Source: Bacteroidales bacterium (GTDB lineage Bacteria > Bacteroidota > Bacteroidia > Bacteroidales > ML635J-15). From it: DNA of 64,000 bases. The number at the start of each line of letters is the position of its first letter. Within the stretch, counting starts at the first letter, position 1. The stretch lies in the NCBI GenBank assembly GCA_046546095.1, contig JBKGYK010000001.1, positions 19,941 to 83,940 of the forward strand. The letters run 5' to 3'. Shown here one piece after another: positions 30,835 through 41,181 of the stretch. Under the pieces are notes generated by a model, which saw nothing but the letters and a program-made list of their open reading frames with translations, ran no database searches and had not been told where the DNA came from. The translations under genes were made by a program, and so were the position numbers.

Positions 30835-31620
30835 ATGCTCAGGTACAAAAAGAAAATCATCATACTTTTTAGCTTCGTGCTGATAATCATGGGATTTGAG
30901 TCTTGTCAAGTACTCAGGCCATCTGAGATGTTTCAGATCGGGGATGATTATCCACTGGCCGAATTTGAAAGCAGTCAGAAAGAATATAAAATCAAACCCT
31001 TTGACAAACTTGCTTTGAGAATAACCACCAACGAAGGTTTTGCTCTGGTCGGTCTGGCAAATGACCAAAGATCCGGAGGCAGCGGCAATTCAAATGAAAG
31101 ACAGCGTGGACTGGAATATCTTGTAGAATACGATGGTCTGATCAAACTTCCAACACTTGGGCGGGTGAAAATTTCCGGCATGACAATCCGTGAAGCAGAA
31201 ACCTTTCTTGAAGAAGAATACTCGGAATATTATCAGGAGCCCTTTGTTCTGATGGAAGTAACCAACCGGAAAGTAATTATTTTCAAAGACGGGGGTACCA
31301 GTGGAACAGTATTGACCATTCCATCAGAGAACCTCACACTGATTGAAGCCCTGGCCCAGTCAGGAGGCATCACAGATATCAGCAAAGCATACCGCATAAA
31401 ACTTATCCGGGGTGATTTGACCGGTGATCCCAAGGTATATTATTATGATATATCAGCTCTGAAAGAATTGCAGGACACTAATATTTTACTGCAGGCCAAT
31501 GATGTGATTTATGTGGAAAGCAAACCAAAATATGTAAACCGTGTTCTTACAGAAATCAGCCCGTATTTAACGCTTTTAACTACAGGACTGACAGTATATG
31601 GACTTTTCATTGCAAATTAG
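30835..31620 (+). CDS. Polysaccharide export protein (Wza-like; Poly_export + SLBB)
   Basis: 261 aa. Lipobox-like GFESC, KIKPFDKLALRI, and SLBB-like TLIEALAQSGGIT. Confidence 0.85.
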   Translation: MLRYKKKIIILFSFVLIIMGFESCQVLRPSEMFQIGDDYPLAEFESSQKEYKIKPFDKLALRITTNEGFALVGLANDQRSGGSGNSNERQRGLEYLVEYDGLIKLPTLGRVKISGMTIREAETFLEEEYSEYYQEPFVLMEVTNRKVIIFKDGGTSGTVLTIPSENLTLIEALAQSGGITDISKAYRIKLIRGDLTGDPKVYYYDISALKELQDTNILLQANDVIYVESKPKYVNRVLTEISPYLTLLTTGLTVYGLFIAN

Positions 31621-31626
31621 GCATTT

Positions 31627-34107
31627 ATGAACCAGCGAAAGATACCCGTCATCAACCAGAAATTTGACTTTTTCACTTTTATGAAGGTGTTAAGAAAAAG
31701 CCTCTGGATCATTGGCGTCTGCCTGGTAACAGGTATTATTACTGGTTTTTTATACATCAGATACACTCCCCCGGTATATCAATCCAGCTCCGTATTGCAA
31801 GTCAGCACAAAAAACAAAACCAATGAGATCCTGGACATTGATGACATGTACGAAACAGGCCTTGACCCTGTCATTGAACTTATCCGTTCCAAAGAATTTC
31901 TGAAACGCTGTTTTCATTTACTGCCTCTGGAAGTATCCTATTACAAACAAGGAACTTTTCTTTCCAATGAATTGTACCGGAGTTCTCCCTTTGAAGTAAA
32001 TTATCAAATCACCGATCAGGCTCTTTTTGACAATGAAATCAGGCTGGAATTCAGTCAGGGTAATATTCTGATCAAATATGAAATTTCAGGCAGAAAATAC
32101 GAATTCAAACTAAAACCAAACAAGTGGCATGATATCGAAGGCGGCCAAATAAAAATCGAGGTATCCGATTATGATCAAATCAATTTTTACCAGAATCAGC
32201 TCAATAAAAGCGGATATTATTTTGTCATCAATTCTGCCAAGAAAATTCTCAGTAAATACTCCAACAACCTGAACATAAATGTTCTAAACAAGTCAGCAGG
32301 TACCATAGAAATAAGTTTCATTGATAAAAACGCACGAAAAACCGCCGATGTTGTTAACACCATCAGTTCGGAATTTATCAAATATGATATTGAAAAGAAA
32401 AAAGAAGGAGCCAACAATATCATTACCTATATTGACAAGCAACTGGACATTGTTTTTACACAACTGGATTCTACGGAAAAACAATTGCATGATTTTAAGA
32501 AAAACAATAAAATTACCGGCAGCAGCTTTATCAATCAAAATAAACAGCAGGAAAATTACAATACACGAGACCTTTCGACAGCTGTTTCCCGCATAACAGA
32601 TCTTGAAAATGAATCCATCAATCTGGAATTTGAAATCCGCACATTACGGCATATAGCCAATGAAATCAAATCAGAAGAAGACGTCAATGTATATGAACTG
32701 ATGGCCTTACTTAGCGGCACACACAGTGAATCATTTATGAAAAGCATGCTCAATTCCATGCTGGACCTGTACAATCAACGCAGCATTTTGCTCAATGATG
32801 TGACAGAGGAGAACCACAAAATCAAAACCATTGACATACAGATTGCCACCAAAAAAACGCAGATTATTGATTTCCTGAAATCCAATATAGATCAACTGGA
32901 ACAAAGCCGGGAGGACTATCAGGAAAAAATCCGGGAGATTGAAGCCAAAGCATACAGTGATTCATCATATCAGGAAATTGAATATTCCAGACTTCAGCGC
33001 TTATTTGATATCAATGAGAACTTCTATCATCAGCTAATCCAAAAAAAGGCTGAATACATGATAAGTCAGGCAGGTTATGTTTCTGACAACACGATACTGG
33101 AAAACGCCACTGTACCACGCTACAGGCTGAAACCCTCCAGAAAAAATGTTGCCCTCATGGTCATCCTGCTGGTAATATTTATCAGTTTCCTGATCATACT
33201 TATCCGCTATCTTTTTTACAACAAAATCAGCACAATACAGGAAATTGCAAATTTCACGGACATTCCGGTGATAGGCGCCATCCCACTGCACTCGTACAAG
33301 TCAGAACACTCCAGGCTGCTGGTGCATAAGAATCCAAAGTCCATGCTGACAGAATCCTTCAGGAACATCCGCTCCAATATGGAGTTTCTGGCAGAACAGG
33401 AAAAATCATCTGTCATCACGATATCTTCCACCATTTCAGGTGAAGGCAAAACATTTGTAGCCATCAACCTGAGCGGAATACTTGCAATGACAAACAAAAA
33501 AGTGGTTTTGCTTGATCTTGACCTGAGAAAGCCCAGATTACACAAGTCATTTGACTGTGAAAACAACAAAGGCATCAGTACCATACTCATCAACAAGCAC
33601 TCCATTGAGGATTGTGTACATACAACGGAAATCAGCACACTCGACCTGCTCACTTCCGGTCCGATTCCGCCCAATCCTTCGGAACTCATTCTTACAAAGA
33701 GATTTAACCAGATGCTGGAGGATCTGAAACAAAGTTATGATTTCATTGTCATTGATACTCCGCCGGTTGGTATTGTGACTGATGCCATCAGATCTTTCCA
33801 GGATTCTGACTATGCACTGTACATTACCCGAGCAAGCCACTCACCAAGGACATTCATATCATACATCAACAATCTGGCCGAAAGCAAATCCCTGACTAAC
33901 CTGAGCCTTATTCTCAACGGCATGGACGAATCATCAGGAAAATACGGCTACGGTTATGGCTATCATTATGGATATTCCTACGGGTATGGTCCATCCTACG
34001 GATATAAAGATTATATTAAAAGTAACGATTACTATGATGAGCCAGGCAGAAAAAGACGAAGATTTAGCCTCAAACGCATTTTTAACAAAAAACGCAAAAA
34101 TCAATGA
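31627..34107 (+). CDS. Polysaccharide co-polymerase / BY-kinase (Wzc-like chain-length determinant with tyrosine autokinase)
   Basis: 826 aa. Two TM helices flank a coiled-coil periplasmic region. P-loop SSTISGEGKT and Walker B FIVIDTPP. Tyr-rich tail GKYGYGYGYHYGYSYGYGPSYGYKDY. Confidence 0.85.
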   Translation: MNQRKIPVINQKFDFFTFMKVLRKSLWIIGVCLVTGIITGFLYIRYTPPVYQSSSVLQVSTKNKTNEILDIDDMYETGLDPVIELIRSKEFLKRCFHLLPLEVSYYKQGTFLSNELYRSSPFEVNYQITDQALFDNEIRLEFSQGNILIKYEISGRKYEFKLKPNKWHDIEGGQIKIEVSDYDQINFYQNQLNKSGYYFVINSAKKILSKYSNNLNINVLNKSAGTIEISFIDKNARKTADVVNTISSEFIKYDIEKKKEGANNIITYIDKQLDIVFTQLDSTEKQLHDFKKNNKITGSSFINQNKQQENYNTRDLSTAVSRITDLENESINLEFEIRTLRHIANEIKSEEDVNVYELMALLSGTHSESFMKSMLNSMLDLYNQRSILLNDVTEENHKIKTIDIQIATKKTQIIDFLKSNIDQLEQSREDYQEKIREIEAKAYSDSSYQEIEYSRLQRLFDINENFYHQLIQKKAEYMISQAGYVSDNTILENATVPRYRLKPSRKNVALMVILLVIFISFLIILIRYLFYNKISTIQEIANFTDIPVIGAIPLHSYKSEHSRLLVHKNPKSMLTESFRNIRSNMEFLAEQEKSSVITISSTISGEGKTFVAINLSGILAMTNKKVVLLDLDLRKPRLHKSFDCENNKGISTILINKHSIEDCVHTTEISTLDLLTSGPIPPNPSELILTKRFNQMLEDLKQSYDFIVIDTPPVGIVTDAIRSFQDSDYALYITRASHSPRTFISYINNLAESKSLTNLSLILNGMDESSGKYGYGYGYHYGYSYGYGPSYGYKDYIKSNDYYDEPGRKRRRFSLKRIFNKKRKNQ

Positions 34108-35171
34108 ACCTGAATTCTTCTCTGCTGCTTATTGTTACATTTTTACTTGCATTAATTACGGGTTATGCTCTGAATAAATTTTTCCTGAACCGGCCAATAA
34201 GATTTCTGGTTAAGAAAGCCAACAAATCTGCTATACGCTGGAGCAGCCAGTCAAAACCGGTTTTCGGTGGCATCACATTTTTTGTTTTGTTTATCCTCGC
34301 CTTTCTGGCATACATTTTACTGATTGACAGAAACATGGCCTTTGAAGAAAGATATATAGCATTGTTTCTGATTGTTATCATTTCGTTTCTGATGGGGCTC
34401 TCTGATGATCTGATCAGCACACCACCCTATTTCAAATTTTTTGTACAAATACTTAATGCCATTATCCTGATTTCCTTTGGCATTTTTATTAAAATATCCC
34501 CCATCCCGGCAGTAAACTATGGCATTACTGTTCTATGGGTTGTTGGCATCATGAATTCCATCAACATGCTGGACAATATGGACTCCATCACCAACCTTGT
34601 TTCCCTTTCCATTTTTGGTGGCGTATTTGCACTGATTCTTTTGAACGGCCAGACAGGCTTTATGCCTTTTTTGATGCTGTTTATAATAGCCGGAAGCCTC
34701 AGTTTTCTATACTTCAACTGGCACCCTTCAAAAATGTATATGGGAGACAACGGGAGTCAGTTCCTGGGAGCAGTTCTGGCCTTCCTGGGAATCATTTATT
34801 TCTGGAATGCAATACCGATGGAAGCAAGCAGTTTCGGATACAACAGCAAACAGGCAATGATTGTACTTCTCGCCTTCATTGTTCCGATTTCCGATACCAC
34901 TACCGTTACCATCAACCGCCTGATGCGCGGACAGTCTCCTTTTGTGGGCGGCAGGGATCACACAACACATTACCTCTCATATGCCGGCCTGAGTGACAGA
35001 CAAGTAGCCGGACTACTGTTTGCCATCAATGCTGTTTCAACAGCACTGGCTTGCTATATCATCCTTAACACGCCAAACTGGAATTCATTATGGTTTTGGT
35101 CGTGTTTTACATGGGCTTTTATTATCTTTGTCAGCTTGTTTAGTTTGACAAAAATTGTAAAACCCAAATAA
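34104..35171 (+). CDS. Polyprenyl-phosphate HexNAc-1-phosphate transferase (MraY/WecA family, initiating glycosyltransferase)
   Basis: 355 aa, polytopic, with GLSDDLIS, NSINMLDNMD and MGDNGSQFLG. Overlaps the upstream gene by 4 nt. Confidence 0.85.
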   Translation: MNLNSSLLLIVTFLLALITGYALNKFFLNRPIRFLVKKANKSAIRWSSQSKPVFGGITFFVLFILAFLAYILLIDRNMAFEERYIALFLIVIISFLMGLSDDLISTPPYFKFFVQILNAIILISFGIFIKISPIPAVNYGITVLWVVGIMNSINMLDNMDSITNLVSLSIFGGVFALILLNGQTGFMPFLMLFIIAGSLSFLYFNWHPSKMYMGDNGSQFLGAVLAFLGIIYFWNAIPMEASSFGYNSKQAMIVLLAFIVPISDTTTVTINRLMRGQSPFVGGRDHTTHYLSYAGLSDRQVAGLLFAINAVSTALACYIILNTPNWNSLWFWSCFTWAFIIFVSLFSLTKIVKPK

Positions 35172-35176
35172 TAAGA

Positions 35177-36157
35177 ATGACAAAAAAAAGACGATTTTTT
35201 ATTAATTTTCCGGTCTACCTGGTAATAGTGATGCTGGGAGGTTTTGTTGTGATGCAGTTGTTCCTTGGCTCAAGTGAGCAACTACCGCCACCGGACAGCA
35301 AAACCGTTGTGGAAAACAACTTTTATGCGGCAAAACAACCGTTGATTCCGGAAAAATTGGAATTTGCCGGTGAATCCGTACCTCTGCATCTGTATGATGT
35401 CAGAGAAAGTCTTGACAGAGAAATGATTACAAACTCCTATTACCATTCTTCTACCATACAGATACTTAAACGTGCAGAACGCTATTTCCCATACATTGAT
35501 TCCGTACTGAAAGCCAACAACATACCTGAGGATTTCAAGTACCTGTGTGTGATAGAAAGCAGTTTAAAAAATACCACATCCCCGGCCGGAGCCAAAGGGT
35601 TTTGGCAGTTCATGAAATCAACCGGCAGAGAACATGGCCTGGAGATCAATTCCTATGTTGACGAACGTTACAGCCTTGAGAAGTCCACACAGGCAGCCTG
35701 CGAATACCTGCAGGAAGCATATGATATTTTTGGGAGCTGGACACTTGCAGCGGCAGCCTATAATATGGGAAAATCCGGTTTAAAACGTCATGTTAACGAA
35801 CAGCGCGTAGACAATTATTACGATCTTTATCTGAATGCCGAAACAGCAAGATATGTGTACAGAATTCTGGCAATGAAAACCATCATGCCAGATCATGAAA
35901 GTTATGGCTTTATGCTAAAGACCGTAGATAAATATGCTGAGCACAAACACAGAACACTGATTGTTGATACAACCATCACAGATCTCGTGAATTTTGCTTT
36001 TCAACAAGGGGTGAATTATAAAATTCTCAAAGAATTCAATCCCTGGCTCACCAATACTTTTCTTACAAACAGAACAGGTAGAGAATATAAAATACTCTTA
36101 CCTGATCCGGACGTAAGACCCTGCAAACCTGCTGTACCCCAACGCGAAAAAGAATAA
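35177..36157 (+). CDS. Lytic transglycosylase (SLT domain) protein
   Basis: 326 aa with an N-terminal TM helix and CVIESSLKNTTSPAGAKGFWQFM ... AAAYNMG. Confidence 0.8.
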   Translation: MTKKRRFFINFPVYLVIVMLGGFVVMQLFLGSSEQLPPPDSKTVVENNFYAAKQPLIPEKLEFAGESVPLHLYDVRESLDREMITNSYYHSSTIQILKRAERYFPYIDSVLKANNIPEDFKYLCVIESSLKNTTSPAGAKGFWQFMKSTGREHGLEINSYVDERYSLEKSTQAACEYLQEAYDIFGSWTLAAAAYNMGKSGLKRHVNEQRVDNYYDLYLNAETARYVYRILAMKTIMPDHESYGFMLKTVDKYAEHKHRTLIVDTTITDLVNFAFQQGVNYKILKEFNPWLTNTFLTNRTGREYKILLPDPDVRPCKPAVPQREKE

Positions 36158-36205
36158 ACATAAGATATCTCTTGTGCTTAGTAATCACAGATCACAGGAA
36201 GGCTG

Positions 36206-39046
36206 ATGAAGCAGATGGAAACATACATTGACATTGAGGGTGCCAGAGCCCATAATTTAAAAGATATCTCCTGCAGTATTCCGCGATACAAACTTACGGT
36301 TGTAACCGGACTCAGTGGAAGCGGGAAGTCATCACTGGCTTTTGACACTATATATGCTGAAGGGCAGCGCCGTTACCTGGAAACTTTTTCGGCATATGCC
36401 AGACAGTTTCTCAGTAAGATGGAACGCCCCGAAGTGGACAAAATAACAGGTCTTAGCCCTGTTATTGCCATAGAACAGAAAACGACAAGCAAAAATCCCC
36501 GCTCTACGGTAGGAACAATCACTGAAATATATGATTACCTGAGGTTGCTGTATGCCAGAGCCGGTATAGCATACTCCTACAAAACAGGAGCAGAAATGGT
36601 ACGATACAGTACAGATCAAATCCGGGAGATCATACGAAACGACTACAATAACAAAAAGATCATACTCCTCAGTCCCGTTGTTCGCGGCAGAAAAGGACAT
36701 TATCAGGAATTGTTTGAGCGCATTCGTCAAAAAGGTTTTTTGCAGGTACGCGTAGATGGTAAGATAACAGACATCAGCCCGGGCATGATGCTTGACCGCT
36801 ACAAAATTCATCATGTGGAGGTGGTGGTTGACAAGCTGAAAATCAATGAAAAAAGCCTGGGCAGACTAAAAAAAAGTCTGGAACTGACACTTGATATGGG
36901 TGAAGGCATTGCCATGCTGTATGAGATTGAAAATGAGCAAACCCGGTTTTTCAGCAAACATCTAATGTGTCCAGACACGGGAATCTCATACAATGAACCC
37001 GCACCTCATAGTTTTTCATTCAATTCTCCCGAAGGAGCATGTCCAAAATGCAGCGGACTGGGTGTGGTAAAGGATTTTGATCCAAAAAAAATAATCCCGA
37101 ATCCGGAGCTAAGTATCAGACAGGGTGGAATTACACCTCTTGGCAAATACAAAAACATGTTGCTGTTCTGGCAACTTGAAGCTTTGGTGAAACGGTACAA
37201 GGCCAATCTTGACACCCCATTGTCAAAACTGCCCGAAAAAGCCATAAATGAAATTTTCTATGGCACGGAAAAACCGCTGCTATTGCAAAACACTCCACTG
37301 GGTGGAGAATCCAAATATGAGCTTCGTTTCGACGGGATCCTCAGTCTGCTGGAAAAAAAATCCGGCGAGGAACAAAACCTCAAAAGCAAAAACAAGTGGA
37401 GTGAACAATTTGTACACAACAAAACATGTCCGGTCTGCAAGGGACAGCGCCTGAAAAAGGAATCCCTGCATTTCCGCATACATAATAAAAACATCGCAGA
37501 ACTGGCACATATGGAGCTCTCTGAGCTTTCCGTCTGGTTTGAGACAGTAGAAAAGCACCTCAGTAAGAAACAAAAGACAATCGCCACCGAAGTGTTAAAA
37601 GAAATCCGCAGCAGGCTGGGTTTCCTGCTGGATGTCGGGTTGGAATATCTGGCCCTTGATCGTCCTGCAAAAAGCTTATCAGGCGGAGAGGCACAGCGCA
37701 TCCGGCTGGCAACTCAGGTAGGATCACAGCTTGTAAATGTTTTGTATATCCTTGATGAACCCAGTATCGGACTACATCAGAGGGACAATCACAGGCTTAT
37801 CAATTCACTAAAAAACCTGCGTGACAAAGGCAATTCAATTATGGTGGTGGAGCATGATCAGGCTATGATAGAAGCCGCTGACCACGTACTGGACCTGGGA
37901 CCGGGAGCCGGCAACTACGGAGGCAAAATTATGGCTCAGGGAACTCCCGAGGAAGTCAGGCAGAGTGAAGGTCTGACCGCAGATTATCTATCAGGCAGGA
38001 AGCGGATTCATGTGCCTGATAAACGCAGAAAAGGCAATGGAAAAAAACTTACCATCAAAGGATGCCGGGGAAACAATCTGAAGAATATTGATGTAAGTTT
38101 TCCTCTTGGCAAGCTTCTCTGTATTACCGGTGTCTCGGGTTCAGGAAAATCCAGTTTAATAGACGACACACTATACCCTGCCCTCAGCAAACATTTTTAC
38201 AGATCCCATCAGATGCCACTGGATTATGACAAAATACACGGCCTTGAAAACATTGACAAGGTCATTGAAGTCAATCAGGCCCCATTGGGACGCACCCCAC
38301 GATCAAACCCCATTACCTATACCGGCATTTTCACTGATATCAGAAAACTCTTTGCTCAACTGCCCGAAAGCAAAATCCGTGGCTATCAGCTTAGCAGGTT
38401 TTCTTTCAATGTCAAAGGCGGCAGATGCGAAACATGCAAAGGTGCCGGAAGCATACCAATTGAAATGAATTTTCTGCCCGATGTCTATGTTGAATGCAGC
38501 GAATGTCATGGCAAAAGATACAATAAGGAAACGCTGCAGGTGCGCTACAGGGGAAAATCCATCAACGATGTACTCAATCTTACGGTTAACCGTTCTGTCG
38601 AATTTTTTGAAAACATCCCCAAATTGCAAAAGAAACTGAAGGTTTTGCAGGATGTTGGACTGGGCTACATCACACTTGGACAGTCCTCAACCAGTCTGTC
38701 GGGAGGTGAATCACAACGTGTAAAACTGGCATCGGAACTGATGAAAAAAGATACCGGCAAAACATTCTATATCCTTGACGAGCCTACCACGGGGCTGCAT
38801 TTTGAAGATGTGCAGGTACTGATGAATGTACTGGGACAATTGGCTGATAAAGGCAATACCATTCTTGTTATTGAACACAATCCTGATGTAATCAAACTGG
38901 CCGACCACATCATTGATTTGGGGCCGGAAGGTGGCAAAAATGGCGGAGAACTGATGGCCACAGGAACGCCTGAAGAAATTGTCAAAAAAGCAAACACATT
39001 CACGGCAGACTTTCTCAAAGATGAACTGTCAAACACAGCCGGTTGA
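36206..39046 (+). CDS. uvrA: Excinuclease ABC subunit A
   Basis: 946 aa. [23 protein letters not shown], two ABC modules, CxxC zinc modules and [12 protein letters not shown]. Confidence 0.97.
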   Translation: MKQMETYIDIEGARAHNLKDISCSIPRYKLTVVTGLSGSGKSSLAFDTIYAEGQRRYLETFSAYARQFLSKMERPEVDKITGLSPVIAIEQKTTSKNPRSTVGTITEIYDYLRLLYARAGIAYSYKTGAEMVRYSTDQIREIIRNDYNNKKIILLSPVVRGRKGHYQELFERIRQKGFLQVRVDGKITDISPGMMLDRYKIHHVEVVVDKLKINEKSLGRLKKSLELTLDMGEGIAMLYEIENEQTRFFSKHLMCPDTGISYNEPAPHSFSFNSPEGACPKCSGLGVVKDFDPKKIIPNPELSIRQGGITPLGKYKNMLLFWQLEALVKRYKANLDTPLSKLPEKAINEIFYGTEKPLLLQNTPLGGESKYELRFDGILSLLEKKSGEEQNLKSKNKWSEQFVHNKTCPVCKGQRLKKESLHFRIHNKNIAELAHMELSELSVWFETVEKHLSKKQKTIATEVLKEIRSRLGFLLDVGLEYLALDRPAKSLSGGEAQRIRLATQVGSQLVNVLYILDEPSIGLHQRDNHRLINSLKNLRDKGNSIMVVEHDQAMIEAADHVLDLGPGAGNYGGKIMAQGTPEEVRQSEGLTADYLSGRKRIHVPDKRRKGNGKKLTIKGCRGNNLKNIDVSFPLGKLLCITGVSGSGKSSLIDDTLYPALSKHFYRSHQMPLDYDKIHGLENIDKVIEVNQAPLGRTPRSNPITYTGIFTDIRKLFAQLPESKIRGYQLSRFSFNVKGGRCETCKGAGSIPIEMNFLPDVYVECSECHGKRYNKETLQVRYRGKSINDVLNLTVNRSVEFFENIPKLQKKLKVLQDVGLGYITLGQSSTSLSGGESQRVKLASELMKKDTGKTFYILDEPTTGLHFEDVQVLMNVLGQLADKGNTILVIEHNPDVIKLADHIIDLGPEGGKNGGELMATGTPEEIVKKANTFTADFLKDELSNTAG

Positions 39047-40347
39047 TGACAAATAAACGCATTGCATATTATGCTCTTGGATGCAAACTTAATTTTGCTG
39101 AAGCCTCTGCCATGGCTACAGGATTCGAACCATACGGATATCATCTGGTACCTTTCAGGCAGGAAGCTGACATATACATTATCAACACGTGTTCTGTAAC
39201 TGAAACTGCCAACAAAAAAAGCAGGAAGGCAATTCAAAAAGCGATACGCACAAATCCGCATGCTATTATTGTGGTAACGGGTTGCTATGCTCAGCTCAAG
39301 CCGGATGATATTTCTTCTATAGATGGGGTGGATTACATCATGGGTGCCGGTGAAAAAAACCTTGTCGCAGAGATGGGCGATAAGCTTGAAAAACAAAGGA
39401 AAACAAAAATTCTGCATTCTGATATCCGAAAATCCACCGGCTTCTTATCAGCCTGGTCTGCAGGAGAACGCACGCGCAGTTTTCTTAAAGTACAGGATGG
39501 CTGCGACAATCATTGCAGCTATTGTACAATCCCGCTGGCACGTGGTAGAAGCCGTAACCTGCCGGTCAATGAACTGGTAGAACAAGCCCGCAGAATTGCT
39601 GAACAGGGCTTCCGGGAAATCATACTGACTGGCATCAACATTGCTGATTTTGGAAAAAGTACAGGAGAAACCTTCCTGCAGCTTCTCAGGGCACTTGGCG
39701 GGATTGATGATATAGACAGATACAGACTTTCCAGTACAGAACCGGATTTACTCGATGATGAAATCATTGAATTCGTACTTTCTCACCCGAAATTCATGCC
39801 TCACTTTCACATTCCTCTGCAAAGCGGATCAGACAATATGCTCAGGCTCATGCGTCGCAGATACGATACCCGTCTTTTTGCCGGCAGAATCAGCAAAATA
39901 AAAAAAACAAAGCCTGATGCCTTCATTGGTATAGACCTCATTGTCGGGGTTCCCGGAGAAACCGAAATCCTGTTTCAGGAATCCCTGGAGTTTGTCAGAA
40001 GTCTGGACGTTTCCTTTGTTCATGTATTCACCTATTCAGAACGGGAAAACACCCCTGCCCTTACAATTAAGCCGGCAGTGCCGCACCGCATCCGCAAAGA
40101 ACGAAGCCTTGCTTTTCATCAGCTTTGCCGGGAAAAAGAAGCCTGTTTTTACAAATCCCAGCAAAATCAGACACGGCCGGTACTTTTCGAATCGTCGGTT
40201 CAAAACGGATACATCCACGGCTTTACTGATAACTACCTGCGCGTAGCCGTTCCGGAAGATAAAAAGCTGATCAATCGTATAAAGCATGTTTATTTGGAAA
40301 GCATCAATGAAAATGGTATTTTTATCTCCAAAGAAGTAAATCAATGA
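39046..40347 (+). CDS. mtaB: tRNA t6A37 methylthiotransferase (radical SAM, MtaB)
   Basis: UPF0004 N-domain INTCSVTETA, radical-SAM CDNHCSYCTIP, and a TRAM-like C-terminus. ATG 39046 overlaps the uvrA stop (TGATG). Confidence 0.9.
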   Translation: MTNKRIAYYALGCKLNFAEASAMATGFEPYGYHLVPFRQEADIYIINTCSVTETANKKSRKAIQKAIRTNPHAIIVVTGCYAQLKPDDISSIDGVDYIMGAGEKNLVAEMGDKLEKQRKTKILHSDIRKSTGFLSAWSAGERTRSFLKVQDGCDNHCSYCTIPLARGRSRNLPVNELVEQARRIAEQGFREIILTGINIADFGKSTGETFLQLLRALGGIDDIDRYRLSSTEPDLLDDEIIEFVLSHPKFMPHFHIPLQSGSDNMLRLMRRRYDTRLFAGRISKIKKTKPDAFIGIDLIVGVPGETEILFQESLEFVRSLDVSFVHVFTYSERENTPALTIKPAVPHRIRKERSLAFHQLCREKEACFYKSQQNQTRPVLFESSVQNGYIHGFTDNYLRVAVPEDKKLINRIKHVYLESINENGIFISKEVNQ

Positions 40348-41138
40348 ATTTAAAATTTTTATGCACCCAGGTCACCCAAATTGTTGTACAGACCGGGAAA
40401 TTTATCCAACAACAGCAAAAGAAAATCACCCTTGATAAGATTGAACAAAAAGGCATCAATGATTTTGTCACCAGCATTGATAAAGAAGCTGAACAACGGC
40501 TGATTGGTTTTTTAACTCCGCTGATTCAGAATGCCGGTTTCATAGCAGAAGAAAACACCGTTGCGGATTCAAACGCCGAATACAAATGGATTATTGATCC
40601 CATTGACGGCACAACCAACTACATTCACGGAGTATCACCCTTTGCTATATCCATAGCACTACAACATAAAGGGAAAACAATTCTGGGTATCATCTATGAA
40701 ATCAGCCTCAACGAAGTTTTTTATGCTCATGAAGATGCCAAAGGCGCATACCTCAATGACAGACCAATCAAAGTATCAGACCAGTCGGAACACAATCAGT
40801 CACTGATTGCAACCGGCTTTCCATACAATGATTTCACCCGTCTGGAAAAATATATGGAAAGCCTGAACTTTTTCATGCATCAATCTCAGGGCCTAAGACG
40901 TTTAGGTAGTGCAGCCACAGATTTGGCGTATGTAGCATGTGGCAGATTTGAAGCTTTTTACGAATACAGCCTCAAACCCTGGGATGTAGCAGCCGGAGCA
41001 TATTTGGTGCAGAAGGCAGGCGGAAAAACAAGTGATTTTACAGGTGGAGACAAATTCGTTTTCGGCGGCGAAATTGTGGCAGCCAACAGCAATTATTATG
41101 ACACTTTCCTGAAAGAAGTTCAAAGACATCTGCTGTAA
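40344..41138 (+). CDS. Inositol monophosphatase family protein (SuhB-like)
   Basis: 264 aa with WIIDPIDGTTNY and LRRLGSAATDLAYVACG. Overlaps mtaB by 4 nt (ATGA). Confidence 0.9.
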   Translation: MNLKFLCTQVTQIVVQTGKFIQQQQKKITLDKIEQKGINDFVTSIDKEAEQRLIGFLTPLIQNAGFIAEENTVADSNAEYKWIIDPIDGTTNYIHGVSPFAISIALQHKGKTILGIIYEISLNEVFYAHEDAKGAYLNDRPIKVSDQSEHNQSLIATGFPYNDFTRLEKYMESLNFFMHQSQGLRRLGSAATDLAYVACGRFEAFYEYSLKPWDVAAGAYLVQKAGGKTSDFTGGDKFVFGGEIVAANSNYYDTFLKEVQRHLL

Positions 41139-41181
41139 AACAAAATATCATTATTTTCGTTTAACCTTAAAATGATATATT

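Noticed and set aside
33940-34020. Repetitive TAT/GGN-rich DNA near the end of the Wzc-like gene.
   Set aside because: It encodes the Tyr-Gly cluster of the BY-kinase tail. It is not a tandem-repeat locus or CRISPR-like array.
39121-39131. GGATTCGAACC, a tRNA T-arm-like string.
   Set aside because: It lies in frame inside mtaB (…ATGFEPYGY…), and no acceptor, D or anticodon arms can be drawn around it.
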